IMG/VR virus record: IMGVR_UViG_3300034965_000017
Coordinates: 1 to 41,183 of that record
Origin: a virus
Lineage: Duplodnaviria; Caudoviricetes
Direction: 5' to 3' (one strand)
Length of the DNA stretch: 41,183 nucleotides
How positions within the stretch are numbered: the stretch's first letter is position 1; every line of letters starts with the position of its first letter. The notes under the pieces are model-generated. The model was not told the DNA's origin and made no database searches. It was given only the letters and a program-made list of their open reading frames with translations. The translations under genes and the position numbers were made by a program. This document shows, piece after piece, positions 7,492-16,847 of this stretch.

Positions 7492-7694
7492 GCAGCGAAG
7501 AGGCTGACCGTGAAGGGATGTTCTCGCGCAGCGAGTACCTACTCATCAAGACTCTCGCGATGAGCGACGGCGATGGCAGCGGGCTGACCGACGTCTTCAT
7601 GGCAATGGAGGCCGTCCACTCGACCGCTCTCGCGAACCCAGAGTGGGACATGGACGAGACCAAGACGATGGCCGAGTGGGAGGCTCAGCGATGA
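7488..7694 (+). CDS. Hypothetical protein (MSSEEADREGMF...)
   Basis: ATGA-coupled; motif-bearing. Confidence 0.65.
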   Translation: MSSEEADREGMFSRSEYLLIKTLAMSDGDGSGLTDVFMAMEAVHSTALANPEWDMDETKTMAEWEAQR

Positions 7695-7885
7695 CCGACC
7701 AGCCCGAAGGGATGTTCACCGACGCGCAGCTCCTGGACAGTCACGACCCGGCGCATGGCGACGTCATGTCGGTGGTGACCTGTACCTTGTGCGGCAGCGT
7801 GGTCGCTGACACTGAGGCGCACCAGCAGCTGCACATCGACCTCGTGGACCTTCATTGCGATGTGCAGGGGCTGCTGCCTGACTGA
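7691..7885 (+). CDS. Hypothetical Zn-finger-like protein (MTDQPEGMF...CTLC...H...H)
   Basis: ATGA-coupled; partial motif. Confidence 0.65.
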   Translation: MTDQPEGMFTDAQLLDSHDPAHGDVMSVVTCTLCGSVVADTEAHQQLHIDLVDLHCDVQGLLPD

Positions 7886-7964
7886 CTGACTATCCCCAAA
7901 GACGCTCCACCTGCATAGGGGCCGTGACACGGTCTAGGGGTGGTTATGTCAACAGGCAGGGTCA

Positions 7965-8753
7965 GTGATGCCAGCGCCAGCCGGCGACGAGCTGGTTGAC
8001 CCTCGGGAACTCGCGAAGCGGATCCGCAAGGCGCTGCTGGCCATCACCAAGCACTACGACAGCTGCCTTACGCCTGTTCGGCGTGCACCAGGAAGCCACG
8101 CCTCCGCTGCTGCATTCGCTTCCCTGCCCATCAGCGCGACCATTCTCGACGACCGGGCCCAGTGCCGCACACGCCTCGCCTACTGGTGCGACCAGGTCAT
8201 CAGAGCCCGTGATCTGCACACCGAGCACCTGTCCTTCCACGACGTCGCCGCGATGTGCGACCTCCTGCAACGCCACTCCGACTGGCTCGGCGAGACGGTT
8301 GGCGCAGCGATCGCGATGTGGGAGCTCGAAGACTCAGCTGGCGACCTTCGGAGTATTGCCGTGTCACACCGTCGCGACTGGATGCCACTAGGTCCCTGCC
8401 CTCTGGTCAATGAGAGCGAGGATGGGGAACCCGAGCCGTGCACTGGGACCGTGCGCGCCTACCCCACCTGCGACCCGTACTGCGACGTCTGCGAGACCAG
8501 CGCCGTCGTCACGTGGTGGGAGCACCAGATGTTCGGGGACACTCAGCCCACCAACCTCGTCACTGCACCCGCCCTGGTCCTGGCCATCCACCGCGAGTTC
8601 GGCCAGGTCATCAAAGAAGCCACCATCCGGCAGTGGGTTACCCGGGGTGTGATCGAGACTAAGGGCAAGGACAGCGCAGGCCGATCGCTGTACGACCGGG
8701 TCGACGTTGCCTATGCCCTGGCACGCAGAGGTTCCGTCCGAGGTCAGTCGTAG
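7965..8753 (+). CDS. Putative DNA-binding regulator (Cys cluster plus C-terminal HTH), possibly late activator
   Basis: GPCP..C..CDVC; IKEATIRQWVTRG...LYDRVDV; last gene before the late region. Confidence 0.65.
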   Translation: MMPAPAGDELVDPRELAKRIRKALLAITKHYDSCLTPVRRAPGSHASAAAFASLPISATILDDRAQCRTRLAYWCDQVIRARDLHTEHLSFHDVAAMCDLLQRHSDWLGETVGAAIAMWELEDSAGDLRSIAVSHRRDWMPLGPCPLVNESEDGEPEPCTGTVRAYPTCDPYCDVCETSAVVTWWEHQMFGDTQPTNLVTAPALVLAIHREFGQVIKEATIRQWVTRGVIETKGKDSAGRSLYDRVDVAYALARRGSVRGQS

Positions 8754-8829
8754 GTTCGCCACCCTGATGCGGAAAGCCGAGAGACATGCGCTAGTGTGAC
8801 AAACGCACCTGACAGGTATGCCCGAAACC

Positions 8830-8861
8830 AAGCCCCGACCAAGCACCACTGGTTGGGGCTT
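8830..8861 (+). terminator. Hairpin, probable terminator
   Basis: aagccccgacca / tggttggggctt. Confidence 0.5.
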
Positions 8862-8988
8862 CGTCATGCCCAGGCCCTGATCAGCCCGCCTTCTCGCCGG
8901 ACGACACCACACCTCGAGGCCCTGAGCCCACGGTCGGTCACCGCGATCAGGCGGGCCCCACTTCACACACGCCCTCATCGGAGCCAAC

Positions 8989-9279
8989 GTGACGAGCCAA
9001 GCCGACGCCATCAAAGCAGCACGCGTCTACCGCGAGACCCAGCCTGCCATCGACGAGCTCAAGGAAACCATGGCCGCCAACACGGCGGCCAAGAAGATCC
9101 TCGGTGCGTTCATGGTTGAGACGAAGCGGGACAGTTACCGTGGCGTCAACCTGCGTATCGTCAGCTTCGATGGCTGGGACGGCGACAAGCTGGCTGCCTT
9201 CCTTGGTGACAAGGCGAAGGACTTCCGCCGGCCCTTGGACCGCAAGTACTTCAGCCTGCGTAAGCGGGGCTCGAAGTGA
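8989..9279 (+). CDS. Hypothetical protein, 96 aa
   Basis: GGAG RBS, GTG start. Confidence 0.7.
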   Translation: MTSQADAIKAARVYRETQPAIDELKETMAANTAAKKILGAFMVETKRDSYRGVNLRIVSFDGWDGDKLAAFLGDKAKDFRRPLDRKYFSLRKRGSK

Positions 9280-9494
9280 CGATGACTCATCTGCCTGCCA
9301 CCTTCACCCGCTCGCAGATCATGGCCGCCTTCGCCGCGCTCAACCTGGACAACGACTTGGTCGCCGGCATCCAGATCACTGCGACTCAGGTCGACGTCCA
9401 GATGTACGTACCCGCTGGCGATGGCCAGGTCATGAGCATGCTCGGTGAGAACGCCACCATCGTCGTCACCATCCCCGTCGACGAAGATCAATGA
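9276..9494 (+). CDS. Hypothetical protein, 72 aa
   Basis: GTGA-coupled. Confidence 0.65.
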   Translation: MTMTHLPATFTRSQIMAAFAALNLDNDLVAGIQITATQVDVQMYVPAGDGQVMSMLGENATIVVTIPVDEDQ

Positions 9495-9504
9495 GGGAGC
9501 TTCC

Positions 9505-9645
9505 ATGATCGTTCTGGGAATCATCTTGCTGGTGCTCGGTCTGCTCCTGCCTGACCTCGGTGTCCTCACCATGATCGGTGGCGTGCTGATCGTGGTGGGA
9601 CTGGTCCTCCTGCTCGTCCGACCAGGCGGACGCCGCTACTACTGA
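9505..9645 (+). CDS. Small 2-TM membrane protein (DUF6131-like)
   Basis: MIVLGIILLVLG...GGRRYY; GGGAG RBS. Confidence 0.7.
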   Translation: MIVLGIILLVLGLLLPDLGVLTMIGGVLIVVGLVLLLVRPGGRRYY

Positions 9646-9650
9646 CGCGC

Positions 9651-9917
9651 ATGACCGAACGAAACAGTGCACGACGCGACAAGCACCGCGCCATCATCAA
9701 GCGCGGCCGGCCCAACTGCTACATCTGTGGCAAGCCCATCGATTACACGCTGCCATACCTCGACCCTGGCGAGTTCGTCGCTGATCACCTCGTGTCACTG
9801 GCTCGAGGAGGACCAGACACCCTCGCCAACAAAGGTCCTGCACACCGTTCATGCAACCGCTCCAAGTCCGACAAGCACCACGCCCCCATCGTCAGACGTA
9901 GCGGCTCGCTCGGCTGA
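9651..9917 (+). CDS. HNH endonuclease (packaging-associated)
   Basis: CYICG...DH...GG...N..AHRSCNRSK; directly before terS. Confidence 0.9.
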   Translation: MTERNSARRDKHRAIIKRGRPNCYICGKPIDYTLPYLDPGEFVADHLVSLARGGPDTLANKGPAHRSCNRSKSDKHHAPIVRRSGSLG

Positions 9918-10011
9918 ACCCCCGGGGGAGGCCCCCCTCCGCCGCGGCCTGGAGTACCTCCGGGGATAGGCGTCATCTCTCCCCGGCACTTTTTCCACCA
10001 AGGAGGCACTC

Positions 10012-10326
10012 ATGGCTGCTCGACGCCAGAGCCTCCGGACGGTGGCGCCAGGTGAGCGTGCGAAGGCGAAGCCTGTCCCACCGAAGCCGAAGACAATCAT
10101 GCAGGCCGTAGAGTGCGGCACGCCTCGTGAGCTGCTGGTCGCGTTGCGTAACCGGATCGCGTCCGCCGTTGAGGATGCGAACACGCCGGCTCGCGACCTG
10201 GCTGCACTGATCAAGCGTTTGATCGAGGTGGTCCACGACGTCGAGGCGATCGATGCCCGCGACGAGCAGGGGGCGACCAAGCGTGCCGACGCCCAAGACG
10301 AAGCGTTCGACGCCTCGGCTATCTGA
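10012..10326 (+). CDS. terS: Terminase small subunit
   Basis: AAGGAGG RBS; position; LRNRIA...PARDLAALIKRL. Confidence 0.8.
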   Translation: MAARRQSLRTVAPGERAKAKPVPPKPKTIMQAVECGTPRELLVALRNRIASAVEDANTPARDLAALIKRLIEVVHDVEAIDARDEQGATKRADAQDEAFDASAI

Positions 10327-11770
10327 GGTTGCTCGCCATCTGGTGATCCCGAAAGGGATTGTGACGACCGCTTGGCCACGGATTGTGGCGAAGTGCGAGG
10401 ACATGGATGTCAGGTTCGACTCCTGGCAAGACGGCGTCGGGAAAGTTGCACTCGGGAAGCGCAAGGACGGCAAGTACGCGGCCACTGTCGGCGGCGTCGT
10501 TCTGAGCATTCCCCGCCAGGTCGGCAAGACCTTCCTCGTCGGCATGATTGTTATTGCGCTGTGCATCATCTTCCCCGGCCTGACGGTCCTGTGGACTGCG
10601 CACCGGACCCGCACATCGACAAAGACATTCCAGACGCTCCAAAAGATGGTCAAGCGCAAGAAGATATGGCCAAGCGTAAGAGGCATCCGGACGGCGAACA
10701 GTGAGCAGGAGATCCGGTTTCGCAACGACTCGGTCATCATGTTCGGGGCTCGGGAGCAGGGCTTCGGCCGTGGCTTCGATGAGGTCGACGTTGAGGTGTT
10801 CGACGAGGCGCAGATTCTCACTGAGAAGGCGCTCGAGGACATGGTCCCGGCCGCGAACCAGTCCCGGCAGGAGTCCGGTGCGCTGCTGTTCTTCATAGGC
10901 ACCCCACCTCGGCCGACTGACCCTGGCGAGGAGTTCACCAATCGTCGGGCCAAGGCGCTGTCTGGCAAGACCGACAGCATGTTCTACGTCGAGCTCAGCG
11001 CCGATCCCGATGCAGACTCCGACGACCGGAAGCAGTGGGCGAAGGGAAACCCGTCATTCCCGCGCCGCACGCCCGTCGAGTCGATGGAGCGGATGCGGGA
11101 GAACCTGACAGACGATGACTCGTTCCGCCGCGAAGGCCTAGGCATCTGGGACGCGACCTCGTCGCCGGCAGTCATCGACTCGAAGTCGTGGAGCCTGCGC
11201 GCCGATCCGGCGTCGATGGCCATCGAGCGGTTGACTCTGGGGATCGACGTGTCCCCGGATCGTTCGACCGCAGCTGTGGGGTTGGCCGGCCAGCGCGCGG
11301 ACGGGCAGTGGCACGTGGAGCTTGACGAGCACCGGACCGGGGTCGATTGGATCCCCGCCTGGGCAGTGGCGCGCTGTGAGCGCAACACGATCTATGCCGT
11401 CGTCGTTGATGAGCTGTCCGGCCTGGTCGAGAAGCGCCGCGGGCGGAACTACCTGATCGGGACCAGCATCGTGGTCACCTTGTCCGCCAACGAGGGCCGC
11501 GACATGGCCATCGCGTGCAGCTGGTACTTCGACGGGATCATGGCCTCGTGGCTGTGGCACACGGACCAGCCTCAGGTGAACGTCGCGCTTTCGGTGGCAC
11601 GCAAGAGGCCGATCAGTGGGGCATGGGGTTGGAACCGTAAGGACGCCAACTCGGACATCACCCCTGTTGTCGCAGAAACGCTCGCCCTATGGGGCGCCAA
11701 GAGCTCGACCGTGAAGAAACCGGGCCGCGGAGGCCGAAAAAGCCAAGGTAGAAGGGCGGTCGTTCTGTGA
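10253..11770 (+). CDS. terL: Terminase large subunit
   Basis: Walker A IPRQVGKT, Walker B VFDEAQ, GTPP coupling motif, nuclease LGIDVS; true start may be GTG at 10283. Confidence 0.95.
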   Translation: MPATSRGRPSVPTPKTKRSTPRLSEVARHLVIPKGIVTTAWPRIVAKCEDMDVRFDSWQDGVGKVALGKRKDGKYAATVGGVVLSIPRQVGKTFLVGMIVIALCIIFPGLTVLWTAHRTRTSTKTFQTLQKMVKRKKIWPSVRGIRTANSEQEIRFRNDSVIMFGAREQGFGRGFDEVDVEVFDEAQILTEKALEDMVPAANQSRQESGALLFFIGTPPRPTDPGEEFTNRRAKALSGKTDSMFYVELSADPDADSDDRKQWAKGNPSFPRRTPVESMERMRENLTDDDSFRREGLGIWDATSSPAVIDSKSWSLRADPASMAIERLTLGIDVSPDRSTAAVGLAGQRADGQWHVELDEHRTGVDWIPAWAVARCERNTIYAVVVDELSGLVEKRRGRNYLIGTSIVVTLSANEGRDMAIACSWYFDGIMASWLWHTDQPQVNVALSVARKRPISGAWGWNRKDANSDITPVVAETLALWGAKSSTVKKPGRGGRKSQGRRAVVL

Positions 11771-13161
11771 CGTTCGAGAAGATCAGCATCCCAGCGCTCT
11801 CAGACGACGAAAGCACGACCCTGAACAGCCTCCTCGAGCAGCTGGACAAGAAGACCCGCCGCAACCAGCTGCGCACCGCCTACTACGAGTCGCGGAAGTT
11901 CGCGCGACGCGTCGGGACGACTATCCCCGAGCAGTACCAGCGCCTCGGGCTCGTGCTCGGCTGGCCAGCCAAGGGTGTAGACGCTCTCGCGCGCCGCTGC
12001 AACCTTGATGGGTTCGTGTGGACCGACGGCAATCTGGACGACCTCGGCCTGCGCGAGGTGATCGACGGCAACTACCTTCTGTCGGAGATATCGCAGGCCC
12101 GCACCGACTCGCTGCTGCACGGGGTTTCATTCCTCATCACCACCCGCGGCGATGAGGAAGCGGAGGAGCCGACTGCCCTCGTCACGGCCAAGGATGCGCT
12201 GAACGCTTTCGGCGACTGGAACGCCCGCTCTCGCCGCCTGGACAACCTCGTATCGGTCACGTCTCGCGACGAGCAAGACAAGCCGACCGGGCTGGCGCTT
12301 TACCTCGACGGACTCACGGTCACCGCCGACAAGGACGGCGGGAAGTGGACTGTAGAGCGGTCTGAGCACCCATGGGGCGTGCCGGTCGACCCGCTGGTCT
12401 ACAAACCTCGCCTCTCGCGACGTATGGGCTCTTCACGGGTTACGCGCCCTGTCATGTCGATCACCGACCAGGCGCTACGCATGCTGCCCCGCCTCGAGGC
12501 ACACATGGACATCTACGCGATCGCGAAGATGGTCCTGCTCGGTGGAGATGACTCGATCTTCAAGAACGCGGACGGCACATCCAAGGAAGCATGGCAGCTC
12601 GTCATGGGCCGCGTGTTCGGCATCCCTGACGACGAGGACGCTGTCACCCCCCGCGCGGACGTCAAGCAGTTCGCCGCCGAGTCGCCCGAGCCCCACCTGG
12701 CACATCTGAACGCGCTGGCGAAGCTGTTCGCACGCGAGATGAGCCTTCCTGACACGGCACTGGCCATCACTGATGTGTCCAACCCAACATCCGCTGAGTC
12801 CTACGACGCCTCACAGTACGAGCTGATCGCAGAAGCTGAGGGCGCGGCCGACGACTGGACGACACCAATCCGTCGATCGACGATGCGGGCACTGGCGATC
12901 CAGAACGACCTTGACTCGGTGCCGGACTCCTGGCGCTCGATCGACGCAAAATGGCGTGACCCGCGGTTCCTGTCGCGCGCACAGGAAGCGGACGCCGGCG
13001 CCAAGCAGCTCAGCTCCATCCCCTGGCTCGCTGAGACTGAGGTTGGACTCGAACTGCTCGGGCTAGACCCACAACAGATCACCCGGGCGATGGCTGAGAA
13101 GCGTCGCGTAGCCGGCCGTGCAGTACTGGCGGCGCTGGGCAATGGCAGCACTGCGGCCTGA
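11767..13161 (+). CDS. Portal protein (SPP1 gp6-like)
   Basis: Position, 464 aa, LGWPAKGVD, GSSRVT, SNPTSAE. Confidence 0.92.
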   Translation: MTFEKISIPALSDDESTTLNSLLEQLDKKTRRNQLRTAYYESRKFARRVGTTIPEQYQRLGLVLGWPAKGVDALARRCNLDGFVWTDGNLDDLGLREVIDGNYLLSEISQARTDSLLHGVSFLITTRGDEEAEEPTALVTAKDALNAFGDWNARSRRLDNLVSVTSRDEQDKPTGLALYLDGLTVTADKDGGKWTVERSEHPWGVPVDPLVYKPRLSRRMGSSRVTRPVMSITDQALRMLPRLEAHMDIYAIAKMVLLGGDDSIFKNADGTSKEAWQLVMGRVFGIPDDEDAVTPRADVKQFAAESPEPHLAHLNALAKLFAREMSLPDTALAITDVSNPTSAESYDASQYELIAEAEGAADDWTTPIRRSTMRALAIQNDLDSVPDSWRSIDAKWRDPRFLSRAQEADAGAKQLSSIPWLAETEVGLELLGLDPQQITRAMAEKRRVAGRAVLAALGNGSTAA

Positions 13162-13825
13162 GCAGGCCAGGCTGGCCCTGGTGGCGGTCACGAATGCTGC
13201 GGTGACCGAGGCGTCCCAGCTGGTGTCGCAGAACGCCGCACAGACCCGCCAGGCCCTGTTCGACGTCATCCCATCGACGATCGCGTACTACTCGGACGGT
13301 TCCTCGGCCCTAGCTGCGGACTACTACGACGACCTGCGCCAGGACGCGTCCGCTGCCGGCAGGTTCCGTGCCGATCCCGTCGTGAACCTGCGATGGGGTG
13401 GGCAGGGTGAAGAGAAGATCCGCACCGGGATCCTCTGGGCGGTTGCGCCGCTCCTGGATGAGGTACCTGACCAGGCACTGTCGGTGTCTCGCGTGGGAGA
13501 CGTCGTGCAGCTCGAGACGGCTCGCCCATTCCGCGACACCATCACCACGAACCGTCGCCGTGATCCATCAGCAGTGGGCTGGCAGCGCGTCGCAGCTGGC
13601 GGGTGCAAGTTCTGCCGGTTCTTGGCTGGCCGCGGTGAGGTCTACCGAGAGTCTTCGGCCCGGTTCGCCTCCCACCCGCACTGCCGTTGCACCGCCGTTC
13701 CCGTGTTTCACGAACACCAGGGCGACGAGGTCGACGTCCTGAAGTACGTGGCGTCGAAGCGGCGAGCAAGCCGCACCCCGAAACAGCGTCAAGAGATCCG
13801 CGAACTACTCGCGTCGATGCCCTAA
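13142..13825 (+). CDS. Head morphogenesis / MuF-like protein
   Basis: WQRVA..GCKFC..LA.RG..Y...HPHCRC; follows portal. Confidence 0.8.
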   Translation: MAALRPEQARLALVAVTNAAVTEASQLVSQNAAQTRQALFDVIPSTIAYYSDGSSALAADYYDDLRQDASAAGRFRADPVVNLRWGGQGEEKIRTGILWAVAPLLDEVPDQALSVSRVGDVVQLETARPFRDTITTNRRRDPSAVGWQRVAAGGCKFCRFLAGRGEVYRESSARFASHPHCRCTAVPVFHEHQGDEVDVLKYVASKRRASRTPKQRQEIRELLASMP

Positions 13826-13904
13826 CGCCCCAACTCTCCCGGCCACACAAGTCGGGTCTACGCCTACGCGCAGCGGTCAATGTGCGGTCATCAAGGAGCA
13901 GCAA

Positions 13905-14483
13905 ATGAGCAAGGTTCTCACTGTCAACGGCATGACCGTTGACGAACTGTTGGCCTTCCACCGCGCCCACTTCGGTGATGCGCGCATGGCAGAAGGCGAC
14001 GGTGGAGATGGCGGCGACGGCAAGGACGGCAAGGACGGGGACGGCTTCAAACCGATCACCTCTCAAGACGACCTGACCCGCGTCATCACCGAGCGCGTGA
14101 ACCGCGAGCGGGCCAAGTTCGCCGACTACACCGACCTCAAGACGAAAGCCGCAAAGCTCGACCAGCTCGAGCAGGCCAACAAGTCCGAGACCGACAAGTT
14201 CAGCGAACGCATCGCCTCCCTGGAAACAGAGAACACAGCCATCAAGTCGCAGGCCGTGCGGTCGCGAATCCAGGCGAAGTTCTCCGTTTCCGACGAGGAC
14301 GCCGAACTGTTCCTGACCGGCGCAGACGAGGCGTCGCTGACGAAGCAGGCCGAACGGCTTGCAGCGCGCGACACCGAGCGCAAAAAGCAAGGCAACCGCG
14401 TGCCCAAAGAAGGCACGTCCACGAAGTCCGGAGCCGAACCGATGCGCGAGTTTGCTCGCAACCTCTTCGGCGCCAACGACTGA
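13905..14483 (+). CDS. Scaffolding protein
   Basis: FKPITSQDDL...KFADY.DLK.KA coiled coil; precedes capsid gene. Confidence 0.88.
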   Translation: MSKVLTVNGMTVDELLAFHRAHFGDARMAEGDGGDGGDGKDGKDGDGFKPITSQDDLTRVITERVNRERAKFADYTDLKTKAAKLDQLEQANKSETDKFSERIASLETENTAIKSQAVRSRIQAKFSVSDEDAELFLTGADEASLTKQAERLAARDTERKKQGNRVPKEGTSTKSGAEPMREFARNLFGAND

Positions 14484-14504
14484 CCAGCAGAAAGCGAGAA
14501 GACA

Positions 14505-15401
14505 ATGGCCGTTCTGGCTACCGGGGATCTCACGATCCCGAAGCAGATCCTCGACCCATGGCTCGGCAAGATCCAGGGCGGCTCATCCGTCGCTGCCCTG
14601 TCCAGCTCCGTACCCATGCTGTTCGGCAAGGGTGAGGCGTTCATCTTCGACATCGGTGAAGCCGAGTACGTCGGGGAGGGTGCTGCGAAGGGCGCCTCGA
14701 CCGTCACGAAGACCTCCCAGACCACCGACCCGTTCAAGTTCCACAAGACCGTGCGGTGGAACGAAGAGGTCATGTGGGCCGACGAGGACCACCAGCTCCA
14801 CGTCGTCTCGCAGATCCTCGACCTGATCCAGCCAGCGCTCTCCCGCGCACTGGACTTCGGCGTGTTCCACGGCATCAACCCCACCGGTGGTGCCATCGTC
14901 GCCGCGATGACGCAGAAGCTGTCCGCGACCACGAACTCTGTGGAGTACGTCGCAGCCAACAAGCCCTACGTCAGCCTGGACGCGGCCGACGCGCTTGTCC
15001 TGGCGGATGGTTACATGCCATCCGACATCGCGCTCGACCCCGCATATGCCGCGTACTTCTCGGCGATCCGTGGGGTCAACTCGGAGCAGAGGCTTTACCC
15101 GAACTTCAAGCTCTCCACCGAGGTATCTGAGCTGGACGGGCACCGCGCGTCCGTGTCTCGTACCGTCCGCGCCGTCCCCACCGCTGCCGTGGCGACGAAC
15201 ATCATCGGGTTCGTCGGCGACTTCTCGACTGTCCGCTGGGGCGTTCAGCGCTCCCTCGGTCTCGAGGTCATCAAGTACGGGGACCCCGACGGCCAGGGCG
15301 ACCTCAAGCGGAACAACCAAGTGGCCTTCCGTGCGGAGGTCGTCTACGGCTGGGGTGTTGGCAGCTTGGATGCCATCGCCAAGGTCACAGACGCCGTCTG
15401 A
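14505..15401 (+). CDS. Major capsid protein (HK97 fold)
   Basis: AEYVGEG, GDF, GDPDGQGDLKRNNQVAFRAE. Confidence 0.93.
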   Translation: MAVLATGDLTIPKQILDPWLGKIQGGSSVAALSSSVPMLFGKGEAFIFDIGEAEYVGEGAAKGASTVTKTSQTTDPFKFHKTVRWNEEVMWADEDHQLHVVSQILDLIQPALSRALDFGVFHGINPTGGAIVAAMTQKLSATTNSVEYVAANKPYVSLDAADALVLADGYMPSDIALDPAYAAYFSAIRGVNSEQRLYPNFKLSTEVSELDGHRASVSRTVRAVPTAAVATNIIGFVGDFSTVRWGVQRSLGLEVIKYGDPDGQGDLKRNNQVAFRAEVVYGWGVGSLDAIAKVTDAV

Positions 15402-15571
15402 TGCCTCGTCTTCGCAACATCAAGTCGGGCGTCGTCGTCTCGTGCTCAGACACGACGGCGGCCCGGCTGGGCTCCGAGTGGCAGCCGGCCGACTCACCGA
15501 AAGCGGCCGACAAGCCTGCCCCGGCCAGGAAGGCTGTGGCCAAGAAGGCCGCTGCCCGCAAGCCGGAGTGA
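15401..15571 (+). CDS. 56-aa basic protein after the capsid gene
   Basis: TGATG-coupled; MPRLRNIKSGVVV...; Ala/Lys-rich tail. Confidence 0.7.
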   Translation: MPRLRNIKSGVVVSCSDTTAARLGSEWQPADSPKAADKPAPARKAVAKKAAARKPE

Positions 15572-15587
15572 TGGGGAGGGGGCGGTC

Positions 15588-16058
15588 ATGGCAGTGACGA
15601 CGTTGATGATCGCGACCGCACTAGATGTGGCCGACCCCGATCCTCAGTCAACCCAAGCCGCGCAGTGGAACATGTGGATCGCGGACGCTTTGATGCTGAT
15701 CGAGGCCCGCAAAGCTGAGCTCAGCATCGAAACGGAACTGGACGCCGCGAAGCTGGACTACGTGGTCCGGCAGGCCGTCGTGGCGCACATTCAGCGTCCC
15801 GACGACGCCACCCAGGTCACGATCTCGGTGGACGACGGGAGTAGCTCCCGCACCTACCGCTCAGGCAAGGGCCGGATCGTGATCCTTGACGAGTGGTGGG
15901 CACTACTCGGGCTCATCGGCTTGTCGTCTGGCGCGTACTCGGTTGACATGGTCGGCACCGCGTCGACTCATGTGGCGTGGTGCGCCCTTGCCTTCGGTGC
16001 GCTCTACTGCTCGTGCGGCTCGGACATCGCCGGCTATCCGATCTATGAGCAGGAGTGA
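15588..16058 (+). CDS. Head-to-tail adaptor
   Basis: Position; RPDDATQVTISVDD...ILDEWWALL. Confidence 0.8.
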   Translation: MAVTTLMIATALDVADPDPQSTQAAQWNMWIADALMLIEARKAELSIETELDAAKLDYVVRQAVVAHIQRPDDATQVTISVDDGSSSRTYRSGKGRIVILDEWWALLGLIGLSSGAYSVDMVGTASTHVAWCALAFGALYCSCGSDIAGYPIYEQE

Positions 16059-16486
16059 CCTTGCTGGGCCTCGATGTCGCGGCTGCGCTTCCCGAACTTC
16101 GTCGGCAGGCAGAGTCTCGAATGAAGAGCACCTGCACCATCAGACGCTGGGACGGGACCTACGCCACCGACCCGGACAACGGGAAGGTCACCAAGAACAC
16201 CGCCATCGTCTACACAGGCATGTGCCGGGTCCAGGTTCGCTCCCTGGCCGCGCAGACCCCGAACGCCGGTGAAACGCAGCTCGCTGTAACCCGCCCCGAG
16301 CTGCACCTCCCGATCTCAACATCAACCGGGCTGCGCACCGGGGACGTCGCAACTATGGACACAGTCGACCCCATCACAGGTGACCCTGACCTGATCGGGC
16401 GAACCCTGCGGGTAGAGGTCCCATTCCACAAAGACGACGCGACAGCCAGACGGCTGCCCTGCACGGAAGGCGGCTTCGATGGCTGA
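16055..16486 (+). CDS. Head closure / stopper (DUF6093-like)
   Basis: AESRM..TC.I.R...VY.G.CRVQ...TARRLP. Confidence 0.8.
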   Translation: MTLLGLDVAAALPELRRQAESRMKSTCTIRRWDGTYATDPDNGKVTKNTAIVYTGMCRVQVRSLAAQTPNAGETQLAVTRPELHLPISTSTGLRTGDVATMDTVDPITGDPDLIGRTLRVEVPFHKDDATARRLPCTEGGFDG

Positions 16487-16847
16487 CTTCGACTTCAGCC
16501 AGGTCAGCAAGCTCGCCGCTGACCTGGGCAAGGGCAACGCAGACATGGTCACCGGCGCCCGGAAGATCCTCGAGGTCGCCAGCATCAAGACCAAGAAGGA
16601 CATGGCAACCGAGATCTCGCGATCGCCTCACTTCAAAGCCGTCGCCCCAGCAATCTCCTACGACATCAAGGGACTGTCGTCTGAGATTGGCCCTGTCCAA
16701 GGCAAGGCCGCCGGCTCTCTCGCGTTCATCGCGGCCTACGGGACAGCCACCCAGGGCCCGAGCTGGGACCACACTGCTTCGCTGCACCGTGAAGCGCCCA
16801 TCTTCGTCGGCTTGCTCGAGGCATTGGCCGCCAAGAGCATCCTGTGA
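16479..16847 (+). CDS. Tail completion protein (HK97 gp10-like)
   Basis: Position; ISYD...EIGP...YGT. Confidence 0.7.
   Translation: MADFDFSQVSKLAADLGKGNADMVTGARKILEVASIKTKKDMATEISRSPHFKAVAPAISYDIKGLSSEIGPVQGKAAGSLAFIAAYGTATQGPSWDHTASLHREAPIFVGLLEALAAKSIL

Larger units (their letters stand above)
5616..7517 (+). repeat. Dispersed 15-bp motif GCTGACCGTGAWGGG at gene starts
   Basis: Copies at 5616, 6341, 6498, 6719, 7006 and 7503; partial copy near 7700. Confidence 0.85.

Noticed and set aside
5616-7517. CRISPR array or classical integron attC sites
   Set aside because: Repeats are short, degenerate, irregularly spaced, in coding frame and not palindromic; no cas genes and no GTTRRRY/RYYYAAC pattern noticed.
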